Below, in pieces: positions 51,591 to 64,000 of a DNA stretch of 64,000 bases. How positions within the stretch are numbered: position 1 is the first letter of the stretch; each line of letters begins with the position of its first letter. The stretch covers positions 6,634,001 to 6,698,000 of the forward strand of contig OZ024764.1 in the NCBI GenBank assembly GCA_964016885.1, given 5' to 3'. The position numbers and the translations under genes are program-made. Source of the stretch: Eledone cirrhosa. Taxonomy: Eukaryota. The notes beneath the pieces were generated by a model. The model was not told where the DNA came from. It did no database searches and saw only the letters and a list, made by a program, of their open reading frames with translations.

Positions 51591-52130
51591 GGATTACATT
51601 GAGTTCTTCATAAGGTTTAGACCGTACCATTGAGTGGTAGATTTACCTGTGTGTATGTATATATATGTAATGAAAAATGGGGTGCTGTGTTGTTGCAGAT
51701 GTGCACATATGCAACAACACAGCACGCCATTTTTCATTCCTATATGCTTTCCCTTTCGCTGTCTTTTTGTCTTCCCTTACTGCTATTCTCTTTCTCACTC
51801 CGTCTCCCTCTTACTTTCATTCACCCCCTCTGCTAGTCACCCTCTCTCGGCTAGCCTCTTCCTCACACTTTCACTCACTCTCTGCTACTCACTTCCTCCA
51901 TCGCCCCACACCGTGCAAAATTCTTTCCTCGCTCACTTTCGCACGGTTAAGATGTGTCTTTCGTCTTCTCGTCAATATTCGCAAGTTCTTATGTTCAAAT
52001 GAATCATTGACTTGATTTTTCTCATTTTTTCCTCTCTTTACGTTGCCTCACCATTCGTGTTTGTTCACCTGTCTCTCTTTCTCCACCCAATTCTTTTTAT
52101 CCCAATAACTTATTTTAGTTATTGTATCGC

Positions 52131-52197
52131 GCCAGCCTGAGGTATCTGGTCTGTAATGCGAAGAAATACCTATGATGGCTAGTAGACCACTGATGAT
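52131..52197 (+). ncRNA. Candidate pseudoknotted hammerhead with kink-turn (copy A)
   Basis: gccagc CUGA gguau c uggucu guaaugcgaa GAA auacc uau GA u ggcuag u agacca CUGAUGA u. Confidence 0.55.
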
Positions 52198-52257
52198 GGA
52201 TAGTCCTGGCTTCTATTTCTAATTCTTTATATATATGTATATGTATAAGCAAAAAAT

Positions 52258-55200
52258 TGTTGTGACACCTACATGACCAGTTTACAGTGTGGACTGGGTA
52301 CTTTTTGTTGTGACACCTACATGACCACTTTACAGTGTGGACTGGTTACTTTTTGTTGTGACACCTACATGACCACTTTACAGTGTGGACTGGGTACTTT
52401 TTGTTGTGACACCTACATGACCAGTTTACAGTGTGGACTGGGTACTTTTTGTTGTGACACCTACATGACCACTTTACAGTGTGGACTGGTTACTTTTTGT
52501 TGTGACACCTACATGACCACTTTACAGTGTGGACTGGGTACTTTTTGTTGTGACACCTACATGACCACTTTACAGCGTGGACTGGCTACTTTTTGTTGTG
52601 ACACCTACATGACCACTTTACAGTGTGGACTGGGTACTTTTTGTTGTGACACCTACATGACCACTTTACAGCGTGGACTGGGTACTTTTTGTTGTGACAC
52701 CTACATGACCACTTTACAGTGTGGACTGGGTACTTTTTGTTGTGACACCTACATGGCCACTTTACAGTGTGGACTGGGTGCTTTTTGTTGTGACACCTAC
52801 ATGACCACTTTACAGTGTGGACTGGGTACTTTTTGTTGTGACACCTACATGACCACTTTACAGTGTGGACTGGGTACTTTTTGTTGTGACACCTACATGA
52901 CCAGTTTACAGTGTAGACTGGGTGCTTTTTGTTGTGACACCTACATGGCCACTTTACAGTGTAAACTGGGTGCTTTTTGTTGTGACACCTACATGACCAC
53001 TCTACAGTGTAGACTGGGTACTTTTTGTTGTGACACCTACATGACCACTTTACAGTATGGACTGGGTAGTGTTTGTTGTGACACCTACATGACCACTTTA
53101 CAGTGTGGACTGGGTACTGTTTGTTGTGACACCTACATGACCACTTTACAGTGTAGACTGGGTACTTTTTGTCGTGACACCTACATGACCACTTTACAGT
53201 GTAGACTGGGTACTTTTTGTTGTGACACCAACATGACCACTTTACAGTGTAGACTGGGTACTTTTTGTCGTGACACCTACATGGCCACTCTACAGTGTAG
53301 ACTGGGTGCTTTTTGTTGTGACACCTACATGGCCACTTTACAGTGTAGACTGGGTGCTTTTTGTTGTGACACCTACATGACCACTCTACAGTGTAGACTG
53401 GGTACTTTTTGTTGTGACACCTACAAGACCACTTTGCAGTGTAGACTGGGTGTTGTTTGTTGTGACACCTACATGACCATTTTACAGTGTGGACTGGGTG
53501 TTGTTTGTTGTGACACCTATATGACCACTTTACAGTGTAGACTGGGTGTTGTTTGTTGTGACACCTACATGACCACTTTGCAGTGTGGACTGGGTACTTT
53601 TTGTTGTGACACCTACATGACCACTCTACAGTGTAGACTGGGTACTTTTTGTCGTGACACCTACATGACCACTTTACAGTGTAGACTGGGTACTTTTTGT
53701 TGTGACACCTACATGAGCACTTTACAGTGTAGACTGGGTACTTTTTGTCGTGACACCTACATGGCCACTCTGCAGTGTGGACTGGGTACTTTTTGTCGTG
53801 ACACCTACATGACCACTTTACAGTGTGGACTGGGTACTTTTTGTTGTGACACCTACATGACCACTTTGCAGTGTGGACTGGGTACTTTTTGTTGTGACAC
53901 CTACATGACCACTTTACAGTGTAGACTGGGTGTTGTTTGTTGTGACACCTACATGACCACTTTACAGTGTGGACTGGGTGTTGTTTGTTGTGACACCTAC
54001 ATGACCACTTTGCAGTGTGGACTGGGTACTTTTTGTTGTAACACCTACATGACCACTTTACAGTGTAGACTGGGTGTTTGTTGTGACACCTACATGACCA
54101 CTTTACAGTGTGGACTGGGTACTTTTTGTCGTGACACCTACATGACCACTTTACAGTGTGGACTAGGTACTTTTTGTTGTGACACCTACATGACCACTTT
54201 ACAGTGTGGACTGGGTACTTTTTGTTGTGACACCTACATGACCACTTTACAGTGTAGACTGGGTGTTGTTTGTTGTGACACCTACATGACCACTTTACAG
54301 TGTGGACTGGGTGTTGTTTGTTGTGACACCTATATGACCACTTTACAGTGTAGACTGGGTGTTGTTTGTTGTGACACCTACATGACCACTTTGCAGTGTG
54401 GACTGGGTACTTTTTGTTGTAACACCTACATGACCACTTTACAGTGTAGACTGGGTGTTTGTTGTGACACCTACATGACCACTTTACAGTGTGGACTGGG
54501 TACTTTTTGTTGTGACACCTACATGACCACTTTACAGTGTGGACTAGGTACTTTTTGTTGTGACACCTACATGACCACTTTACAGTGTGGACTGGGTACT
54601 TTTTGTTGTGACACCTACATGACCACTTTACAGTGTGGACTGGGTACTTTTTGTTGTGACACCTACATGACCACTTTACTGTGTAGACTGGGTGTTGTTT
54701 GTTGTGACACCTACATGACCACTTTACAGTGTGGACTGGGTACTTTTTGTTGTGACACCTACATGACCACTTTACAGTGTGGACTGGGTACTTTTTGTTG
54801 TGACACCTACATGACCACTTTACAGTGTAGACTGGGTGTTGTTTGCTGTGACACCTACATGACCACTTTACAGTGTGGACTGGGTACTTTTTGTTGTGAC
54901 ACCTACATGACCACTTTACAGTGTAGACTGGGTGTTGTTTGTTGTGACACCTACATGACCACTTTACAGAGTGGACTGGGTACTTTTTGTCGTGACACCT
55001 ACATGACCACTTTACAGTATGGACTGGGTAGTGTTTGTTATGACACCTACATGACCACTTTACAGTGTAGACTGGGTGTTGTTTGTTGTGACACCTACAT
55101 GACCACTTTACAGTGTGGACTGGGTACTTTTTGTTGTGACACCTACATGACCACTTTACAGTGTAGACTGGGTGTTGTTTGTTGTGACACCTACATGACC

Positions 55201-56130
55201 ACTTTACAGAGTGGACTGGGTACTTTTTGTCGTGACACCTACATGACCACTTTACAGTATGGACTGGGTAGTGTTTGTTGTGACACCTACATGACCACTT
55301 TACAGTGTAGACTGGGTGTTGTTTGTTGTGACACCTACATGACCACTTTACAGTGTGGACTGGGTACTTTTTGTTGTGACACCTACATGACCACTTTACA
55401 GAGTGGACTGGGTACTTTTTGTCGTGACACCTACATGACCACTTTACAGTGTGGACTGGGTACTTTTTGTTGTGACACCTACATGACCACTTTACAGTGT
55501 AGACTGGGTGTTGTTTGTTGTGACACCTACATGACCACTTTACAGTGTGGACTGGGTACTTTTTGTTGTGACACCTACATGACCACTTTACAGTGTGGAC
55601 TGGGTACTTTTTGTTGTGACACCTACGTGACCACTTTACAGTGTAGACTGGGTGTTGTTTGTTGTGACACCTACATGACCACTTTACAGTGTGGACTGGG
55701 TACTTTTTGTTGTGACACCTACATGACCACTTTACAGTGTGGACTGGGTACTTTTTGTTGTGACACCTACATGACCACTTTACAGTGTGGACTGGGTACT
55801 TTTTGTTGTGAAACCTACGTGACCACTTTACAGTGTAGACTGGGTACTTTTTGTTGTGACACCTACATGACCACTTTACAGTGTGGACTGGGTACCTTTT
55901 ATTGTGATACCTACATGACCACTTTACAGTGTGGACTGGGTACTTTTTGTTGTGACACCTACATGACCACTTTACAGTGTGGACTGGGTGTTGTTTGTGG
56001 TGACACCTACATGACCACTTTACAGTGTGGACTGGGTGTTGTTTGTTGTGACACCTACATGACCACTTTACAGTGTGGACTGGGTACTTTTTGTTGTGAC
56101 ACCTACATGACCACTTTACAGTGTGGACTG
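52258..56130 (+). repeat. 48-bp satellite, ~81 copies, RTE-UTR derived
   Basis: Same unit as 24575-25482; gives 16-aa repeat ORFs on both strands. Confidence 0.95.
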
Positions 56131-56200
56131 TGATTCTGCACTGGATGAATTTTTCATTAATATATATATGTTTGGTTGTTGGTGAGCATGTCCAGCTAAC

Positions 56201-56280
56201 CTCAGTCTCTTCTGTGCCGTTCTCGAGCTGACATTTGGGAGGCTCCCGTACAGCTCTGAGTTCTTCATCCTCATTGTATA
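56201..56280 (-). CDS. Candidate internal host exon (YNEDEELRAVREPPKCQLENGTEETE)
   Basis: Unique 80-nt island bounded by catAG and GTtagc, open frame, phase 1 to 0; no homology recognised. Confidence 0.4.
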
Positions 56281-56322
56281 CTATGTATGTATATATATAT
56301 ATGCGTGTGTGTGTTTTTGTTG

Positions 56323-56355
<33 letters not shown>

Positions 56356-56479
56356 ATATGTATATATGTGTGTATATATGGAATGATAACATAATGTAAC
56401 ATTCTCTCTAAATATTTTAATAGTTAGTGTCTGTCTCTCTATCTATCTATATATGTATATATCTATATATATAAATATA

Positions 56480-56676
56480 TATATTTCAGAGATACTGTGT
56501 TGTTTTTTCAGTACGTCCTCATCAGATAAAATATATGATTTGATACATGACATACCTCTACGGTCTTGATTATACAATTCCAGAATTGTATAATCAAGAC
56601 CGTAGCGCTATGTCGTATATCAAATCATATATTTTATCTGATGAGGACGTACTGAAAAAACAACACAGTATCTCTG

Positions 56677-56718
<42 letters not shown>

Positions 56719-57400
56719 TCATCATCACCATTTTACGTCCGTTCTTCCACGCTAGCATGGGTTAGACGGGCTGTCCTGTTGTGTCGGCTGACCATGCCTT
56801 GCTCATACAGGAACTGATCTGGCTTGATTTCTACAGCTGGATGCCCTTCCTAACACCAACCTCATTTACAGTGAGTGCTGGGTGCTTTTTCGTGGCGCCT
56901 ACATGTCCACTTTACAGTGTGGGCTGGGTGCTTTTTTGCCGTGGCACCTCCACGACCACCTTGCGGTGGGGGGTGTGGGGGCATATTGTTTATATGCTTC
57001 AGCATGTACCCATGGGAGGTCGGGTACTCTGTATTACTGCGTGACGCCAGAAGTCACGGTCGTGTGTAATTGGGTAAGGTCGGCTTTTATCACCTCATCC
57101 CAGGTCATCTTGGGTCTCCCCACTCCGCGGTTTCCATCAACTTCTAGTGCTCTGCACCTTTTTATGCAGCTGACATCCTTCATACGCATCACATGTCCAT
57201 ACCAGCGCAACCGCCTCTCCTGCACGTATATAATAAAGTATATATTTTGATTATGTGAATATCTTTCATTTGTTAATATTTTGAATAATATTAAAAACTC
57301 CAGGAAAAAAATTTTTTTTTTTTTTGACTATTGAGTGCTTTTAATCTATTGTAAAATTGTATTCATTGAGTAATCAACGAACCATATTAATCTTTGGTTA
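56480..57400 (+). mobile_element. Fold-back PLE-like end whose hammerhead is split by an RTE insertion
   Basis: Palindrome of ~100-bp arms centred ~56582; continues at 57226-57400; homologous to 12090-12350. Confidence 0.75.
56715..57225 (-). mobile_element. 5'-truncated RTE LINE
   Basis: Highly similar to 42875-43412. Confidence 0.9.
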
Positions 57401-57927
57401 TATATATATATTGCAATCAGCTGTCGTCCTATCCAGGTGAAGTCTCTTCTTACCTTATTCCTAATGAAATACACAGACCAAGTGTTCCAATTCGTGTTGA
57501 AAATAAACAATAAAATGTAGGGATTTAATAAAATTCAACGTGTTTCTTTTTTATTCACAAATAATTTGTCGAGTGTATTTCTTTAAAACTCTTCTTAGTT
57601 TTAGTTAATATTTCGATGTATTTAAATGCTTCTTTCAAGATAGAGATGAAAGACCTTAAATTGTTGATTCAATTCTTGAACCGTGCTAAATATTTTCTGA
57701 AACTGTTGTAAATTCATTTTGTATTCTGGAGCATCCAGGGGTGTGTGTCTAGGGGGTTTCTTGGGTGTTTTAACGATAGGGTCCACAGTGCAGTTATTCA
57801 ATCCCCACCCCTACACACGTATATGTTAGGTAAGTCCGTAATTAAAGTTACAAGCGGTATGATTGTATCATGAGTTGATCGATATTGATACGATTCCAAT
57901 ATACCAATAAAGTTTATATATATATAT

Positions 57928-58520
57928 AGGCATAATTATGTCCTCAGGTGCCTCACATTCATTCACCTTCGATGGACATAGCCTTGGCCAGGAGGTGTTG
58001 ATGTCAACTGGCCGTGTCCTACGTTCATTGAGAATTTTGACCCTCAACCGTAACACCCTCTCGCTGGTGTGTCAGCATTGGTGGCCAAATTACTGCCCAT
58101 TATCGCCATACGTTGCGAACCTTTCTCCCTCACTCCTACAAAAGTTCTTAATATTTGGCCTTCCTATCACGAACTCCTATAGAGATTGCATAGTGATCCT
58201 GGGCAGGTGATGATCCTTCATGCTGGAGACGTGCCCTGCCCAGCGTAGTTGGGGGTTCAGCTTCATGTTTAATCTTCCACACGTTAGTACAGTCTACCAA
58301 ATTCACTGCTCACCTTTGCCAGTCTGTTGCTGATTTCCCTGTCAATCTTGGCACCCGATGTGAAGATGTACCCCAGGTAGCTGAAATGATGGTTTGTTTT
58401 CAGTTAAGTCTCGCCAATGGTGATATGGGGAGGGTGGTACACTTCCTCGGGTGCAGGATGGTGGAATACCTCCATCTTCTTTAAGCTTACTTACAGTCAA
58501 GAGAGCTGGGCAGCCTCTGA
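57928..58520 (-). mobile_element. Decayed RTE/BovB-like LINE, 3' part
   Basis: FSYLG..AKIDREISNRL and QLRWAGHV remnants; 3' end shared with 58917-59040. Confidence 0.75.
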
Positions 58521-58916
58521 GATAAAAGAATGGGCCTTCCTTTTAAGGTCCCTGATATACAGTATACTGTGGAAGCTGTCTCTCGATACGGCAGCTGTTA
58601 CATCTAAGCTTGTGTTTGTCTTTTAACGTCCCTGATATACAGTGGTAGCTGTCCCTCTATACGGTAGCTGTTACATCTAAGGATGGCTCTGTCTTATAAC
58701 TTCCCTGATATACAGTACTCTGTGCTAGCTATCATTCCACACGGCCCACAGTTACAGCTTATAAAAGGTTGACCTGTTTTTTAACATCCCAAGAACTGGA
58801 GTCATCTGTCAATGGCACACTTCACCTCCTCCTCTCTCCTTCCCTAAGACCACACCCTTAAACCTGAAATCAATCAAGGTACGTATATATGTATGTATAT
58901 GTATGTGTGTGTATAT

Positions 58917-60060
58917 AGGCATAATTACGTCTTCAAGAAGATGCCTCGCATTTATTCACCTTCGGTGGACATAGCCTTCGCCAGGAGGTGTTGGTGTCAC
59001 CCTCCCGCTGGTGGGTCAGCAGCGGTGATCTAATTACTGTCCATTTTCGCCTCCTGCTCTAAAGGCAGCAAGAGGCCCTTTCTGCTACCTCCCTGCCAAC
59101 TGCAGCCCTTTCTCTTCCTGTCATTCCAATGGCAGTGACGATTCTCTATACTGAGTAAGCCGGGAATACCCTGTAGCCCACCTCCACCCTCGTTATCTTC
59201 TGGGGCTCTCCTTTTTTTGATTTGGGTTTAAAGTGGAGCTTGAGTTTGCAGCGTACGAGACGATGGTCGGTGTGACATTCGGCACTGGGCATCACTCTGC
59301 TATGTAAGAGGTCTTTCAGGTCAGATCAGCGCCCTAGGATATAATCAATGATGTGCCAGTGTTTGGAACAAAGGTGTATCCAGGTTGTTTTCAAACGGTC
59401 CTTCTGCTGCAAATGATCTTCGCAGAACTTCGCCAACAAGCATCCTCTGTCATTGCAGTTACCAACGCCTTGTCTCATAAGCACTCCCTCCCAGGCTGTT
59501 GAATCTCGGCCGACGGCGTTGAAATCGTCCGCAGAGATGACCTGTAAGAGACTGTGCAGATCAAAATAAAACTTGCTTTTGTCTGCTTGAAGAGTGTGGT
59601 AAATAGTTGATTATTGAGTGGAGAGATACAGAGATGATGTGGTCAGAATTACCTGTTGGCAGGTTTTCAAGCTTGGAAGTGATAAAACTGCTGACCATGA
59701 AACCCACTCCTGAAAGGCGTCCCATTGCTGCTGGTTTACTTGACCAGTAGAGGGTGTATCTGGTGCCATGGTCTTGTAGGTGGCCTTCCTCTGGGAACTG
59801 GGCCTCACTGAGAGCAGCGATGTCAACATTCAGTGTGGAATTAGAACAGATTGACATACTCTGGGTGACTGTGTCTAGCAAGGTCCTGAGGTTCCAGCAT
59901 GATTTTTGGTCCATTGAAGGTGGGTGTTTACCTTTTATTCTTGGATGATTTTCGGCCGCGTGAAAAGATGCCCGTTGACCACGGTTTGCCAACTGGGTGG
60001 TGTAGGGGACGAGCCGGGGGGATACCTCCGAAGTGATACTCAGCAAGACTCTTTCTCTGA
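58917..60060 (-). mobile_element. Decayed, internally deleted RTE/BovB-like LINE
   Basis: CWNLRTLLD..DIAALSE..YTLYWS and SKHWHIIDYIL..CHTDHRLV endonuclease motifs. Confidence 0.8.
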
Positions 60061-60189
60061 GATAAAAGATAATTAGAACCCTTGATGGTTAATAAGATTC
60101 ATGGAAGACAGTTGGATTCGAACCTTAGATACTTCCTTTACATTATTGATACTTTGAGCCCTTGATGGTTACTACATTCTTAGACAACC

Positions 60190-60950
60190 CCCAATTACAT
60201 CTAATATAAGGATGTGTCTGTCTTTTAACGTCCTAGATATACAGTATATTGTGGTAATTACATCTAATATAATGCTGTCTGTCTCTCACTCCATACGGCC
60301 CATAGTTGCAGCTTATAAAAAGGTGGACCTGTCTTATAACGTCCCTGATATACAGTAGATTGTAATAGCTACCCCTCCATACGGTCTATAGTTACATCTA
60401 CAGATGGGGCTGTCTTTTAACGTCCCTGATATACAGTATATTGTGGTAGCTGTCCTTCCATACGGCCCACTGTTACATCTAATATAATTGTTTCTACTAT
60501 TGGCACAAGGCCAGCAACTATTCCATTGTATTACTGGTACTTTATTTTATCGACCCCATAAGGATGAATTGCAAAGTTGAACTCGGACCATAAAGGGCTG
60601 TTACTCTGCAAAGCATGGCGTCCTACCCTCTACCGATACTGCCAACCCTAATATATATAATGTTGGGTCTGTCTGGCTATACTTACAACCCACAATTAGA
60701 TCTAATATAAGGATGTCTCTGTCTTTTAACACCCCTGATATACAGTAGATTGTAATAGCTACCCCTCCATATAGTCTATAGTTATATCTAAAGATGTGTC
60801 TGTCTTTAAACACCCCTGATATACACTAGATTGTGGGTTTGGGTCTGTCTCTCGCTACGTACGGCCCCCAGTTGCAGCTTATAAAAGGTTAGGCCTGTTT
60901 TTTAACATCCCAAGAACTGGGGTCATCTGTCAATGGCACACTTCACCGTC
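60190..60950 (+). repeat. Degenerate ~60-bp tandem repeat block, paralogous to 58540-58826, with a SINE at 60487-60647
   Basis: Recurring ttttaacgtccctgatatacagta..gttacatcta; both blocks end with ..catctgtcaatggcacacttcacc. Confidence 0.7.
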
Positions 60951-61180
60951 CATCAAGTACGTATTAGTCACATTGGTATCTATATTTTTAATTATTTGTT
61001 AACAAAATAATATATGTAAACGGCATAAATGGAAGTAGTTCAGGTGTGAATATATTTTTCATTTGAAAATTGTTAATACGTTGCTGGTCATGTGGTGATA
61101 TATATGTGTTGTTACGGGGTGTAGTTATGGTTGTCAATCGAAAACTGATGGTGACTGTCTTGTTCTTCAATTGTGGTTCA

Positions 61181-64000
61181 TTTGGTGACTGTACAGGCAG
61201 TACATATGTCAACCCTACCTCCTTTGGTGACTGTACAGGCAGTACACATGTCAGTCTACACCTCCTTTGGTAACTGTACAGGCAGTACACATGTCTGTCT
61301 ACACCTCCTTTGGTGAGTGTACAGGCAGTACATATGTCTGTCTATACCTCCTTTGGTGACTGTACAGGCAGTACACATGTCTGTCTATACCTCCTTTGGT
61401 GAGTGTACAGGCAGTACATATGTCTGTCTATACCTCCTTTGGTGACTGTACAGGCAGTACATATGTCAGTCTACACCTCCTTTGGTGACTGTAGAAGCAG
61501 TACATATGTCTGTCTATACCTCATTTGGTGACTGTACAGGCAGTACACATGTCTGTCTACACCTCCTTTGGTGACTGTACAGGCAGTACACATGTCTGTC
61601 TACACCTCATTTGGTGACTGTACAGGCAGTACATATGTCTGTCTATACCTCCTTTGGTGACTGTACAGGCAGTACACATGTCTGTCTATACCTCCTTTGG
61701 TGACTGTACAGGCAGTACTCATGTCTGTCTATACCTCCTTTGGTGACTGTACAGGCAGTACACATGTCTGTCTATCTCTCCTTTGGTGACTGTAGAGGCA
61801 GTACATATGTCTGTCTATACCTCCTTTGGTGACTGTACAGGCAGTACACATGTCTGTCTATCTCTCCTTTGGTGACTGTAGAGGCAGTACATATGTCTGT
61901 CTATACCTCCTTTGGTGACTGTACAGGCAGTACACATGTCTGTCTATCTCTCCTTTGGTGACTGTACAGGCAGTACATATGTCTGTCTATACCTCCTTTG
62001 GTGACTGTACAGGCAGTACACATGTCTGTCTATCTCTCCTTTGGTGACTGTACAGGCAGTACATATGTCTGTCTATACCTCCTTTGGTGACTGTACAGGC
62101 AGTACACATGTCTGTCTATCTCTCCTTTGGTGACTGTAGAGGCAGTACATATGTCTGTCTACACCTCCTTTGGTGACTGTACAGGCAGTACATGTGTCTG
62201 TCTACACCTCCTTTGGTGACTGTACAGGCAGTACACATGTCTGTCTATCTCTCCTTTGGTGACTGTACAGGCAGTACATATGTCTGTCTATACCTCCTTT
62301 GGTGACTACAGGCAGTACATATGTCTGTCTATCTCTCCTTTGGTGACTGTAGAGGCAGTACATATGTCTGTCTGTACCTCCTTTGGTGACTGTACAGGCA
62401 GTACATATGTCTGTCTACACCTCCTTTGGTGACTGTACAGGCAGTACACATGTCTGTCTATACCTCCTTTGGTGACTGTAGAGGCAGTACATATGTCTGT
62501 CTATACCTCCTTTGGTGACTGTACAGGCAGTACACATGTCTGTCTATCTCTCCTTTGGTGACTGTACAGGCAGTACATATGTCTGTCTATACCTCCTTTG
62601 GTGACTGTACAGGCAGTACACATGTCTGTCTATCTCTCCTTTGGTGACTGTACAGGCAGTACATATGTCTGTCTATACCTCCTTTGGTGACTGTACAGGC
62701 AGTACACATGTCTGTCTATCTCTCCTTTGGTGACTGTAGAGGCAGTACATATGTCTGTCTACACCTCCTTTGGTGACTGTACAGGCAGTACATGTGTCTG
62801 TCTACACCTCCTTTGGTGACTGTACAGGCAGTACACATGTCTGTCTATCTCTCCTTTGGTGACTGTACAGGCAGTACATATGTCTGTCTATACCTCCTTT
62901 GGTGACTACAGGCAGTACTTATGTCTGTCTATCTCTCCTTTGGTGACTGTAGAGGCAGTACATATGTCTGTCTGTACCTCCTTTGGTGACTGTACAGGCA
63001 GTACATATGTCTGTCTACACCTCCTTTGGTGACTGTACAGGCAGTACACATGTCTGTCTATACCTCCTTTGGTGACTGTACAGGCAGTACATATGTCTGT
63101 CTATCTCTCCTTTGGTGACTGTACAGGCAGTACACATGTCTGTCTATCTCGCCTTTGTTGACTGTACAGGCAGTACACATGTCAGTCTATCTCTCCTTTG
63201 GTGACTGTACAGGCAGTACACATGTCTGTCTATCTCTCCTTTGGTGACTGTACAGGCAGTACACATGTCTGTCTATACCTCCTTTGGTGACTGTACAGGC
63301 AGTACACATGTCTGTCTATCTCACCTTTGGTGACTGTACAGGCAGTACACATGTCAGTCTATACCTCCTTTGGTGACTGTACAGGCAGTACACATGTCTG
63401 TCTATCTCTCCTTCGGTGACTGTACAGGCAGTACATATGTCTGTCTATCTCTCCTTTGGTGACTGTACAGGCAGTACACATGTCTGTCTATACCTCCTTT
63501 GGTGACTGTACAGGCAGTACACATGTCTGTCTATACCTCCTTTGGTGACTGTACAGGCAGTACACATGTCTGTCTATACCTCCTTTGGTGACTGTACAGG
63601 CAGTACACATGTCTGTCTATCTCACCTTTGGTGACTGTACAGGCAGTACACATGTCTGTCTACACCTCCTTTGGTGACTGTACAGGCAGTACACATGTCT
63701 GTCTATACCTCCTTTGGTGACTGTACAGGCAGTACACATGTCTGTCTATCTCACCTTTGGTGACTGTACAGGCAGTACACATGTCTGTCTACACCTCCTT
63801 TGGTGACTGTACAGGCAGTACACATGTCTGTCTATACCTCCTTTGGTGACTGTACAGGCAGTACACATGTCTGTCTATCTCACCTTTGGTGACTGTACAG
63901 GCAGTACACATGTCTGTCTACACCTCCTTTGGTGACTGTACAGGCAGTACATATGTCTGTCTATACCTCCTTTGGTGACTGTAGAGGCAGTACATATGTC
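61181..64000 (+). repeat. 43-bp satellite, ~65 copies, running off the window end
   Basis: Unit tttggtgactgtacaggcagtacacatgtctgtctatacctcc. Confidence 0.95.

Noticed and set aside
52131-52200. SECIS element interpretation of the k-turn motif
   Set aside because: Orientation is CUGA first and AUGA second, opposite to a SECIS core, with no helix II/AAR loop geometry.
52586-56392. 1268-aa minus-strand ORF
   Set aside because: Antisense reading of the 48-bp satellite, starting in microsatellite.
57454-57460. 7-nt micro-exon on the minus strand (ttcattAG..GTaaga)
   Set aside because: Would place a TAA in frame with the candidate downstream exon; no other support.

Overview
AT-rich, (TA)n-saturated eukaryotic DNA that is almost entirely repeat-derived. 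The SINE and LINE complement most resembles an octopus/cephalopod genome (inference). It contains an intact CR1-group LINE (ORF1+ORF2), an intact RTE LINE with a PHD-like finger, many decayed RTE pieces, tRNA-derived SINEs, decayed hAT, Tc1 and DD37D/maT DNA transposons, a Penelope-like (PLE) remnant with a GIY-YIG domain, several satellites (40, 43, 48, 65 bp; two visibly LINE-derived), a diverged 28S rRNA fragment and at most a few uncertain host exons. The dominant hidden theme is a set of short fold-back insertions in (TA)n tracts that carry hammerhead ribozymes. The top finding is a two-copy, covarying RNA motif (52131-52197 +, 41250-41316 -). It has a full hammerhead core whose three strands are in a non-canonical, pseudoknotted order, joined through a box C/D-type kink-turn. 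Many boundaries were placed by eye and are approximate.
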